Shown in pieces: positions 1 through 9,100 of a DNA stretch of 19,759 bases. Numbering within the stretch: the stretch's first letter is position 1; every line of letters starts with the position of its first letter. The stretch is taken from contig JAOUEV010000058.1 in assembly GCA_029858565.1 (NCBI GenBank), forward strand, positions 1 to 19,759. Reading direction: 5' to 3'. Position numbers and translations under genes: made by a program. A model generated the notes under the pieces. The model saw nothing but the letters and a program-made list of their open reading frames with translations. It was not told where the DNA came from and did not search any database. This stretch comes from Nitrospirota bacterium (lineage in GTDB: Bacteria > Nitrospirota > UBA9217).

Positions 1-1
1 T

Positions 2-268
2 GCCCAGGAACTGAGCTCCCAGGCCGAGCAGCTGCAGGAGACGATCTCGTTCTTCAAGGTGGACGGCGCGGACCGCGAGGCGGTGCGGAAGATCGCGGGC
101 AAGAAGGAGAAAGCCGCCAAGGCGACGCACCAGGTCCATGTGGCGCACCTGGCCCAGGCAGCGGCAAAGGCGAAGCAGGCGCTCCAGCCCGCGGGCGTGG
201 CGCTTAATCTCGGTCACAACGGCCACGGCAAGGGCGACGGGAAGGACGAGGAGTTCGAGAAATTCTGA
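2..268 (+). CDS. Methyl-accepting chemotaxis protein, C-terminal fragment (5' end outside window)
   Basis: Frame from position 2 reads [20 protein letters not shown], the end of an MCP signalling domain, followed by a flexible linker and terminal EFEKF, which fits the x-[FWY]-x-x-[FWY] CheR/CheB tethering pentapeptide. Confidence 0.9.
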   Translation, partial: AQELSSQAEQLQETISFFKVDGADREAVRKIAGKKEKAAKATHQVHVAHLAQAAAKAKQALQPAGVALNLGHNGHGKGDGKDEEFEKF

Positions 269-616
269 GATGGCGACAAGCGACAGGAGATGAGAGGCGA
301 GAGATGACGAGACGGTGAAGCTGATCCGTTGAGAAGTCCTCGCTGCGTGTCACCTTTGAAGATCGAAGACAAGCGGGCCTACGTCGAGCGGTATGAAGAT
401 CTGATCGTAGGCTGCGGAATTTATAACTTAGGATGGCTGGGCCAGAAAACGGCAGATGGCCGCGGATAAAGTGATCTTTCACGCAGCAGCAGGTATTTCA
501 AGATCCGTATCAATCCGCGAAAAAACCGAGGCGGATTGCTATTCAGGATGCGGGGGCGGCAGGGCGGCCGGCGGCACCTTGCCGCCGCACCTGCCGTTTG
601 CCGGATGAGGATCGTC

Positions 617-1455
617 ATGAGTTCTGAACACAGATTTCGGGACCTCTCGATGATGAAAAAGATGCTGATAGCCCCCTCGCTCATCATCGTATTGCTGCTG
701 CTGTTCGGATTCGTTTCCTACCTCGGGCTCTCGCAGCAGAAGAAAGCGCTGCACGACATCTACGCCGTCCGGTTCAAAAGCTACCAGTCCAGCTCAACGG
801 TCGTCAAGGACCTGAACGCGGTGCACGCGAATGTCTACCGCCTGCTGAGCTGGGAAGTCGCCCGGTATGAGCGCGCCAGGATCGACGCGCTGGGCACAGA
901 GCAGCTTGCCACGCTGGAGCGCTCGGTGAACGCCATGAAGAGCGGCGCCGGATCGGCCACGGCCACGGAAGAGGAACAGCGTATCTACCAGACAATACTT
1001 GCCGATCTGCTGGAGTATCAAAAAGCGATCGCGTCGGCAATAGATCTGTCCTCGTCGGACCTGAATTTATCGACCATGTATATGGGCACTGCGGACGAGA
1101 AATTCCGGAAGCTCGAAAAGATCATGAAGGAGCTCCTGGAACTGGAGACCCGGATGAGCGAGGACACCCACGCGAGCGCTCTCCGGACCTTCAGAAGACG
1201 GCGGAACTGGTGCAGGAGATCAGCGCATCATCGAAGGAACAGTCTTCAGGAGCCGACCAGATCAACGGCGCGGTCCAGCAGCTGAACCAGGTGGTGCAGC
1301 AGAACGCCGGAGCTGCCGAGGAGATGGCGACTGCTGCCCAGGAGCTTGCTGCGCAGGCTGAGCAGCTTCAGGAAACCGTCGCTTTCTTCAGGTTGGACGG
1401 GACGGACCAGGAGGCGGTAAAAAGGCTGGGTGTCAGGCAGAGTACGGTAGCATAA
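617..1455 (+). pseudogene. Methyl-accepting chemotaxis protein with large internal deletion and frameshift
   Basis: ATG 617 follows GAGG and gives RFRDLSMMKKML, TM1 and a four-helix-bundle-type sensor region up to about 1190. A different frame then carries [28 protein letters not shown]...QLQETVAFF (MCP C-terminal helix) to TAA 1455. TM2, HAMP and the signalling hairpin tip are absent. Confidence 0.85.
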
Positions 1456-1574
1456 GTGCCTCTCATGATCAGCATTGTCCCTGTTGTCAAAAAGCCCTGC
1501 TGCCTCCCTCGGGGAAGCAATTGTCTTTCCTTTGCAAGCAGAAACAGAATGGCGTCGTAGAAAGTAAAAAAATC

Positions 1575-1652
1575 ACCACAGGCACGGAGGCAGAGGGAAA
1601 AACTTTTTGCTACTTTAGGAGATTCTTTCCCTGCTTTTTGTGCCTCTGTGGT
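1575..1652. repeat. Imperfect inverted repeat, REP/MITE-like element
   Basis: ACCACAGGCACGGAGGCAGAGGGAAA (from 1575) is largely complementary to TTTCCCTGCTTTTTGTGCCTCTGTGGT (ending 1652); flanked by A-tracts in an AT-rich intergenic region. Confidence 0.6.
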
Positions 1653-2255
1653 AAAAAAACAAATAGTTACCGATGGTTATCAATCTTGCGGAAATCAAAA
1701 TTATGCTTTTAATAGGTACTTTTACTGATTAAAACATACGGAATTGATGGGACGCACTTTCCAAAAGAGGCTGATATAGTTTTCTCTATGTCGGCCACGC
1801 GGCCGGATCGTATGTTCCGGACCCTTTCTGGAAAGAATGAGGCAGGTGGATCTTCTGCCGAGGGCCCTATGAGAAAACTGAACTCCCGGAAATATATAAA
1901 AAATGCGGCCGTGGCCTGCAGGAACGCCGGGAAAAACGGGGCTTGTGCCCGGCGATGACCATGGCGGCGCTGCAGGGCGTACACGGAGGAGCGCAGGGCG
2001 GCCGGTCCTGCCGGGTCATTGAAGGCGCCCTGCGCGGCGGCGGCAGGAATACGAGCCCGGCCCTGGAAAATAAATATTCAACCTGCTCGTGCTGCGATTT
2101 CTAAAGCTTGGTTATGCTGGAGGAAGGAGCGGAATTCCTGCTGTCAGCGGAGCTGATCAGCAGAGTGCTGGAAGTCGGCGCATCCGTGAAAAGCGCCGAT
2201 GATAAAGAATAGGTGAATCTTGCGGCGTGATCCAATTCGGAACAGGAGGCATAGC

Positions 2256-2777
2256 ATGAGCGCAGAGACCATAACAGGAACGACCCAGTACCTGACCTAC
2301 ACGCTGGCCGATGAAGTGTTCGCCCTGGACATCAACAAGGTGCGGGAGGTGCTGGACTTCACCGACCTGACCAAGGTGCCGAACATGCCGGACTTCATGC
2401 TGGGCGTGATCAACCTCCGCGGCAGCGTGGTGCCGGTGGTGGACCTGCGGACGCGGTTCCGCATGCCGAAAAGCGAGCAGACGGTGAACACCTGCGTGAT
2501 CATCGCCGAGGTGAGTGTGGACGGCGATACCACGGTGCTGGGCTGCCTGGCGGACTCGGTCCGGGAGGTGGTCGACCTGGAATCGAACCAGATCGAGCCC
2601 GCGCCGAAGATCGGCACGAAACTGCGGAATGAATTTATTCGCGGCATGGGGAAGCACAACAACCAGTTCATCATCATTCTGGATATCGACAAGGTCTTTT
2701 CCGCCGACGAGGTGCTGCTGGCCGAGATCGTGGGCGCGGGCGCCGAGTGCCCGCTGATTCACCACCAGGCGGCGTAA
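2256..2777 (+). CDS. cheW: Chemotaxis coupling protein CheW
   Basis: AGGAGG before ATG 2256; motifs QYLTYTL, VREVL, TKVPNMPDFMLGVINLRGSVVPVVDLR, ADSVREV and IIILDIDKVF. Confidence 0.96.
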   Translation: MSAETITGTTQYLTYTLADEVFALDINKVREVLDFTDLTKVPNMPDFMLGVINLRGSVVPVVDLRTRFRMPKSEQTVNTCVIIAEVSVDGDTTVLGCLADSVREVVDLESNQIEPAPKIGTKLRNEFIRGMGKHNNQFIIILDIDKVFSADEVLLAEIVGAGAECPLIHHQAA

Positions 2778-2981
2778 AGCCGGACGCTCCCGGATGTTGA
2801 GCAAAGGAACGTGCAAGGAGGAACGGACATGGCAAGACAGCAGCAGAGCCGCGCGGTGGTCAGGCAGCGGAGCGAACACTCCCTGCCGGTAAGACGCCTG
2901 GCATCGTGGATGCCGGTACCGCACCCGGCATCCCGGACGTCGGGCGTGCGCGGGCGCATTCCCTGGAGCGAGGTAGTCAAC

Positions 2982-3377
2982 ATGAAGACCATATTGCTCG
3001 TGGACCACAATGCGGAGCACCTGCTGGAGCACAGCGATCTGTTGAGCCGGGCGGGTTACCGGATCGTGACCGCCCAGGACGGTAAATCCGCGCTGTTCAT
3101 CATCGAGAGCGGCATGCTCCTTGACCTGATCGTGACGGAATATACCATGCCGGACATGGAGTCCAAGCAGTTCCTGGCGACGGTCAGGAAGGAAGCGCCG
3201 GCAGTGCCGGTGATCGTGGTGACCTGCTGCGATTCCGTGGAATGCTATATTCACGCGGTCAACATGGGAGTGTACGAGTATCTGAACAAGCCGCTGCTGC
3301 CGGGCGAACTGCACCGGATCATCAATTCGGCTTCCCATGCCAGGCAAACAGGCAATTTGCCGGCGGGGCTGGCGTGA
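2982..3377 (+). CDS. Single-domain response regulator, atypical (phosphoacceptor Asp replaced by Glu)
   Basis: MKTILLVDH...LDLIVTEYTMPDM...VIVVT...GVYEYLNKP follows the receiver pattern. GAGG precedes ATG 2982; an in-frame ATG 2829 with AAGGAGG is an alternative start. Confidence 0.85.
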   Translation: MKTILLVDHNAEHLLEHSDLLSRAGYRIVTAQDGKSALFIIESGMLLDLIVTEYTMPDMESKQFLATVRKEAPAVPVIVVTCCDSVECYIHAVNMGVYEYLNKPLLPGELHRIINSASHARQTGNLPAGLA

Positions 3378-3454
3378 ACAGGGGCGTCCGCGAACAACAG
3401 GACGCTGTATATCCCTGACGATCAAGCGTGATCGTGCGGGAAGGGGGAGCGTGT

Positions 3455-3877
3455 ATGGAACCGTGCAGACGGAAACAAACGGGACGGACGGCGGGCGCGA
3501 ACTGGGACATCCTTCTGATCGACGAAACCGCCCGGCTGGCTGCTGACAAGCTGGTGCATGTAGAAGAGTGTGACGGCATGACCATCATAACTGCGTGCAG
3601 CGAGGAAGCGGCGATTGACGTCCTGCAGGTGGCGTCAGTGGATGTGATTTACAATTTCCCTGCGTCGGGCAAACGGGTGCAGGCGGAGAAGTTCCGCGCT
3701 CATATTTCGGAGCGATATCCCCATATCCGGATTCAGGATCTGTGGACGCCTCCTTCTCAGCAGGACGGCGGGGGAATACATCATGTTCCGCCGCTGTTCC
3801 TGCGGGAGGTATTCGATTGCGATGCGCGACGGCAGATGTCGCGGAGCGGGGTGCATGCGGACAGCGTGCGCCGCTGA
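3455..3877 (+). CDS. Hypothetical protein with degenerate receiver-like domain
   Basis: GGGGGAG before ATG 3455; DILLID...GMTIITACSEEAAIDVL...VDVI...YPHIRI follows the receiver beta1-beta4 pattern, but the phospho-Asp and KP motifs are not recognisable. Confidence 0.6.
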   Translation: MEPCRRKQTGRTAGANWDILLIDETARLAADKLVHVEECDGMTIITACSEEAAIDVLQVASVDVIYNFPASGKRVQAEKFRAHISERYPHIRIQDLWTPPSQQDGGGIHHVPPLFLREVFDCDARRQMSRSGVHADSVRR

Positions 3878-3999
3878 AAAACCGCTGCCGCTTCCGAAAA
3901 CGCGGAAAAGACGAAAGCAAGCTTGATGCCCGGCGATGAGCGGAAGGCCGAGGCGGGGATGGCCGCACGGGCCGTGCTCAAGGAAAAGCGGGAGATGTT

Positions 4000-4230
4000 A
4001 TGATCTGTCCATTCCAGGATCCGGCGAGCAGATCACTTTGTTTGGTACTGCGGATCGCAGGCGATGTTCCGCCGTTGTGCACGAAGGAGCTGTCCGACAG
4101 CGACAGGGACCGTGAATACCGCCGCTGCGGCTATTATGGAACAGCGATCCTCGGCGGTCTGGAGAGGATCCTTCAGCTCGCCCGCAGGGACCGTGACCGC
4201 GGCGATCCGGAGCGGGAGGCGGCGGCATGA
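4000..4230 (+). CDS. Small four-Cys protein (MxCPF family, paralog 1)
   Basis: GGGAG before ATG; C3-x10-C14...C27...YRRCGYY; its stop overlaps the cheD start (ATGA); Cys register shared with the ORFs at 5165 and 5386. Confidence 0.7.
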   Translation: MICPFQDPASRSLCLVLRIAGDVPPLCTKELSDSDRDREYRRCGYYGTAILGGLERILQLARRDRDRGDPEREAAA

Positions 4231-4751
4231 CAGCCCGGTCCTGCACACAGCCGACGATCTACCTCAAAATGGGCGAGATGGCTTTTGCTGATCAGCCTTC
4301 GACCATTACGACGGTCCTGGGGTCCTGCGTGGCGGTCACGCTCTTCGACAGCAGACAGGGACACAGCGCCATGTGCCACGGAGTGATGCCGTTCTGCGCG
4401 TCGGCCGGCGTGTGCGCGAGCGAGTGTCCGCGCCAGGGGTACTACGTGGAATGTTCGGTTCTCGCCATGGTAAACCGGTTCAGGTCCTCCGGCTTGCGAA
4501 CCGAGGACATCGAAGCGCGGGTGTTCGGCGGCGCCCAGCTGTTCACGACGCCGAGCCGTCTCCGGAGCCTGCTCGCCGTCGGTCCGCAGAACATAGAGGC
4601 TGCGAGGCGCGCATTGAAGCGCATCGGGATCGCGGTGAACTCGATGATCGTCGGAGGCAGGACAGGGTGCAGGGTCAACTTTAACACGATGTCCGGCGCG
4701 GTGTCCGTGCAGCGGCTCGATTCCGTTTTCAGCGCAGACGGCAGGAATTAA
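4227..4751 (+). CDS. cheD: Chemoreceptor glutamine deamidase CheD
   Basis: IYLKMGE, TTVLGSCVAVTLFD (catalytic Cys), AMCHGVMP (His), ARVFGGAQ, VGPQNIEAAR and VGGRTG motifs. Confidence 0.93.
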   Translation: MTARSCTQPTIYLKMGEMAFADQPSTITTVLGSCVAVTLFDSRQGHSAMCHGVMPFCASAGVCASECPRQGYYVECSVLAMVNRFRSSGLRTEDIEARVFGGAQLFTTPSRLRSLLAVGPQNIEAARRALKRIGIAVNSMIVGGRTGCRVNFNTMSGAVSVQRLDSVFSADGRN

Positions 4752-4784
4752 TGCAGCGATGCGGGCAGGGGAGAGGATACTGCC

Positions 4785-5126
4785 ATGATGTATCTCGTCG
4801 TGAAGAACTCCGGCCAGGCAGGCGAGCTCAGGCTCCAGGGAACGCTTGTGGGGGGGGAAGTAGAGGAACTGAAGCTGTATCTGTGCCAGGCCATGCGCTA
4901 CGTCACCGATCTCACCATCGACTGCTCGGCTGTCACTGCGGTTGACGCGGCATGTTTGCAGCTTTTGTGCTCGGCCTACCGCTTGTCCCGGCAACAGCTC
5001 AGGAAATTCACGCCCATAGGCCATTCCCGGGAGGTCTTTCTGCAGGCGGCGCATAACGCGAACTACGCGCACTGCGTAGGCTGCGGACTGGATGGCGAAC
5101 GGGGATGCGTGTGGGGCGTCTGTTGA
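4785..5126 (+). CDS. STAS domain (anti-sigma antagonist-like) protein with Cys-rich tail
   Basis: LRLQGTL...IDCSAVTAVDAACLQLLCSAYR is a STAS pattern; tail HCVGCGLDGERGCVWGVC; RBS GGAGAGGA. Confidence 0.85.
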   Translation: MMYLVVKNSGQAGELRLQGTLVGGEVEELKLYLCQAMRYVTDLTIDCSAVTAVDAACLQLLCSAYRLSRQQLRKFTPIGHSREVFLQAAHNANYAHCVGCGLDGERGCVWGVC

Positions 5127-5164
5127 AGGCGCAGGAATCATCATGCTTGAGGAGGAACAGGTCC

Positions 5165-5365
5165 ATGCACTGCCGATTTGTCAAATCCGGGAACGGCATC
5201 ATCTGCACCGCGGTCAGCGCGCACTATCTGCCGAGCGATTTTGAGAAGCAGGAGTATTGCCTGGCCGACCGGCACCGTATGTGCCCGTTTTACTGCATGA
5301 TCAGGACCGACGGCGCATTTGATCTGAGCGGAATGGAGCTGCAATCACGCACGGCGGTCTGTTGA
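5165..5365 (+). CDS. Small four-Cys protein (paralog 2)
   Basis: GAGGAGG before ATG 5165; MHCRF-x8-C-x-A-x4-YLPSDFEKQEYC-x7-CPFY. Confidence 0.8.
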   Translation: MHCRFVKSGNGIICTAVSAHYLPSDFEKQEYCLADRHRMCPFYCMIRTDGAFDLSGMELQSRTAVC

Positions 5366-5385
5366 CGACAAAAAAGGAGGGGGCC

Positions 5386-5619
5386 ATGACCTGTCCGTTT
5401 GCCGCTGGAAAATACATGCTGTCCTGCGATGCATCGCGGATCTCGTACGTCCCGAGCGACGAGGAAAGCAGCGAGTACTGCACCGACGGAAAGCATGAAC
5501 GGTACCGGCTTTGCGCCAATTACCGGTACGCCGTATGGAACGGCCTGACGCCTGTGCCGTTGCCGGAACCGCGACAGCGTCCTGACAGCGGCTGCCAGAG
5601 GAAACGGGAAATATTGTGA
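5386..5619 (+). CDS. Small four-Cys protein (paralog 3)
   Basis: AAGGAGG before ATG 5386; MTCPF-x8-C-x-A-x4-YVPSDEESSEYC-x10-CANY, colinear with paralog 2. Confidence 0.8.
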   Translation: MTCPFAAGKYMLSCDASRISYVPSDEESSEYCTDGKHERYRLCANYRYAVWNGLTPVPLPEPRQRPDSGCQRKREIL

Positions 5620-5681
5620 ACGAGGGAGTCCGGAAAGACGACGGCGCGGCCGCTCCTGAACCGATCGACGGGGAGCGGATC

Positions 5682-6074
5682 ATGAAGACCGTCATCATCG
5701 TCGATCCTGATTACGCGATAAACGACATCGGGGGGATGATCAGCGGTCAGGGATTCATGGCTCTCGTCATGACGGAAGCCCGCACCGCGCTGAACAGCCT
5801 GCGGAATGAGATGCCCGTGGACCTGGTCATCACGGAGTTGCTGCTGCCGGACATGGATGGCATGGAATTCCTCCGGGCGATCAAGATGAAGGCGCCAAAC
5901 CTTCCGGTCCTCATCGTCACGATGGAACATTCGATCGAAAGCTATTTGCAGGCGATGAGCGCCGGCGCTTTCGATTATCTGCACAAACCGGCGCGGTTCG
6001 CCGACCTCTGTCAATGCGCCCGGTATGCCGTCAATCGACCCGGTCCCGGGCCGGTTTTCGTCCGGGCAGCATAA
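5682..6074 (+). CDS. Single-domain response regulator, atypical (phosphoacceptor Asp replaced by Glu)
   Basis: GGGGAG before ATG 5682; MKTVIIVDP...VDLVITELLLPDMDG...VLIVT...GAFDYLHKP; paralogous to 2982-3377. Confidence 0.88.
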   Translation: MKTVIIVDPDYAINDIGGMISGQGFMALVMTEARTALNSLRNEMPVDLVITELLLPDMDGMEFLRAIKMKAPNLPVLIVTMEHSIESYLQAMSAGAFDYLHKPARFADLCQCARYAVNRPGPGPVFVRAA

Positions 6075-6123
6075 GGGATGTCGAGGGCCGGCGATGCTTT
6101 CGCACTGTTGAGCGCGGACAGGG

Positions 6124-9100
6124 ATGGTTCAGGGGGGGATCGTGTCACAGAACAGCCACTCCATCCTCTTTCTGGGAGGCGAATCCGGAGAGGCCGGGAC
6201 AGTCCGGGATGCGCTGCGGGAACTCGCGGAGCAGTTCGAATTATCCGTTGTCCCGGATATCGCCGACGCCCTGCATGCGATAGAATCCGGGCAGTTCGAT
6301 ATCGTGTTCCTCGATGTAAGCGGCATGAATGGCGGGCTCCGGGAAGTCATCACCCGGATCAAAAGCCGGGGCTGCGAATCGCCGTCCGTGATCGCCCTTG
6401 CGGTGCGGGACCGTCCCGAGGGTGATTCGCTTCTCCTGTCCGGCGCCTGCGATTACCTGCTTGCGGGCCGGGGCGATCCGGCTTCGCTTCTCGGCGCCGT
6501 CCGCTCCGTCATTGAACGGCGAAAGCTCACGAAAGCGCTCGCGTTCAGCAATGAACGCTATTCCCGCCTGCTCGGCTCCGTTACGGATTATACCTACTCC
6601 GTGGTCATCAGGGACAACCGGCCGGTCACTTCCTCCCACAGCCCCGGCTGCGCCGCGGTCACGGGATATACGGTCGATGAGTACCATGCAGATCCTCATC
6701 TCTGGTTTCGCATGATCCACCATTCCGACCGTCAGGCGGTCCTCCACATGGTTTCTCAGGTGCTGTGCGGCGGAAATCCCGCTCCCTTGGAGCACCGTAT
6801 CATTCATAAAACAGGCGATATCCGCTGGATCAGGAACACGCCCATGCCCCGCTACGACCAGCAGGGCATCCTCATTGCCTACGACGGGCTGGTGACCGAT
6901 ATCACCGCCCGCAAGCGGGCAGAAGAGGCGCTTCTTGAAAGCGAAACGCGGTACCGGACGCTCGTGGACACGACACCGGACACCATCTTCCTTGTGGACC
7001 GGGACCTCCGGTTTCTTTTTGTGAACAATGCCGGATCCCGCATGATCGGGAAGCAATCCGATGAGTTGACCGGCAAGAAGCATGGGGACGTCTTCCCACC
7101 GGACGTCGCCCGGAAGCAGGAGGTTCTGATCCAGCGGGTGTTTTCCACCGGTGCGCCGCTGGAGACCGACATCAGGCATTGCGTGGGATCGCGGGAGGTA
7201 TGGAACTTCGCGCGCCTCGTGCCGATGTTCGACGACGGCGGTTCGGTTTCCACGGTGCTCGGCGTGGTCATGGACATCACTGACCGGAAGCTCGCGGAAG
7301 AGGCGCTTCGTCAGAGCGAACAACTGCTCCAGCGGGAGTTCCTGAACGTTCAGCGGGCCAAGCAGGAATGGGAGATCACCTTCGACACGATCTCCGATCC
7401 CATTTTCATCCATGACAAGAACTGCCGGATCATCAGGGCGAACAAGGCCTATCAGGAGGTGGCCGGCATACCCTTTCAGGATATCATCGGGAAACCCTTT
7501 CCCGAGATCTTCCCGAATATCGACAACACCGTGGATGTCGAGGGGGGCGACGTGATCAGGCTTGACGCAAGACAGCCCAACTATTATGTCGAGGAACTGG
7601 CCATGCCGTCGCTCTCCCGCGTATTCAGGGGAAAGACCTATCCCATTTATGATGATGCAGGCGAACTTCTTCATTGCGTCCAGGTGCTCGAGGATATCAC
7701 TGAAACGAAACGGGCCGAGGACGCGATGAAGCAGGAAATGGAGATCTCCGCGAACCTGCTGATGCTCGCCGAGGCTGCGACGGACAGCCTGGATCCCGGC
7801 AAACTGATGGAGTGGATGACCGTGTACTGCCGGAAAGTCCTGAACGCCGGTTTCCTGCTCTCCTATCTGTGGGACGGAGCAACGAACAGCTACCGCCCGG
7901 AGCGGCAGCAGGGTCTATCGTCCGTGGTGACGCCCCTGTTCAAGACCGAGCCGCTCGACCCGCGGCGGGACGGCGTTGCTCCCCTGGTTGCCGCAAAACG
8001 GCCTGTTGTTTTGGCGGCCCTTGCGGAGCAGCCGGATGCAGGCCGGTCCCGGCGATTCACGGTTGTCCCGGTCGAGACCGGCGCGACTGCCGCCGCCGAG
8101 ACGGTCGTCGAGGCTCCGTTCGACTGGATGAGCCGTCATGCCATGTGTATCGTCATTCCGCTGGTGGGAAAGGCAGCTCCCCTGGGCCTGCTGGTGGCGG
8201 GGTTTGACGACCATCGGATATTGAGCGATCGCGACCGGAAACTCATCGGCGGCATCGCCCGACAGGCGTCGCTCGCGCTCGACGAAGCGTCGCTCTACCA
8301 CACCGCCATGGAACGGTCCATGGCGCTGGCCCATAAAGTGGAAATACTCAAAGTGATCCATGAGATCGATATGAACATCCTGTCGAGCCTCGAACCGAAG
8401 GAGGTTGTCGAAACAGCGCTGCAGAACATCACCAAGGTCATCCCGTGCGACCGGGCAGAGGCAATGATACTCGACGTCGAACAGCATTTGCTGGTCCGTT
8501 ACCCGGGCAGCGGCGGCAGTGAAACCGGCGGACGCATCCTGTCGATTTCCGATACCAGCGCTTCGGAAGTGCTGGCATCCTGCCGCACGCGCTACGATCC
8601 GGATATCGGGGCCGACGACGGGCTTCGGAAGGAGGAGGCCGGTCTGCTGATGGACGGTTTCCGGTCCCTGCTTCGCACGCCGCTCATCGTAAAGGGAAGC
8701 GCCGCGGGATTCGTAAGCCTTGCGAGCAGGCGGCGGGCGGCCTTCACGTTCGAGGACCTCGGATCCCTGGAGCAGCTGGCCGGATTGATCGGCATTGCTT
8801 TTGAGAACATTCGCCTGGTAACGGACATGCAGGAGCTGTTTTTCGGAACGGTAAAATCCCTCTCCAGCGCGATCGACGCAAAGTCCTCCTGGACCGCCGG
8901 TCATTCCGAACGGGTCACACGATATGCGCTCATGCTGGGACAGGAAACGGGCATGAACGGGCCTGAGCTCCGGTCCCTCGAAATGGCGGCGCTGCTGCAT
9001 GATGTGGGGAAGCTGGGGACCTACGACATGATACTGGACAAAGAATGCAGTCTTACCGCTGATGAGTACGAGATCATCAAGCGACATCCTGTGCGGGGAG

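Noticed and set aside
511-538. 8-bp inverted repeat CAATCCGC/GCGGATTG
   Set aside because: No U-tract and no second copy; function cannot be supported.
536-1285. 249-aa ORF as an intact gene
   Set aside because: The first 27 codons precede the RBS-supported ATG 617, and the tail after about 1192 is out-of-frame read-through of the deletion junction.
1521-1984. Short ORFs 1521-1712 (+) and 1709-1984 (-)
   Set aside because: Atypical composition, overlap with the palindromic element, no recognisable motif or RBS.
2171-2202. Sigma-28 promoter before cheW (GCCGATGA at 2195)
   Set aside because: No TAAA-like -35 at the 15-nt spacing; the word is also one arm of a 7-bp hairpin (TCGGCGC/GCGCCGA).
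3913-3939. Sigma-28-like GAAA-N15-GGCGATGA before the 4000 ORF
   Set aside because: Three mismatches to consensus in GC-rich DNA; too weak without TSS data.
3878-3999. Possible c-di-GMP-I (GEMM) riboswitch here or in other spacers
   Set aside because: The GGCAAAC...GACGCAAAGC core was not found by eye; an Rfam scan would be decisive.
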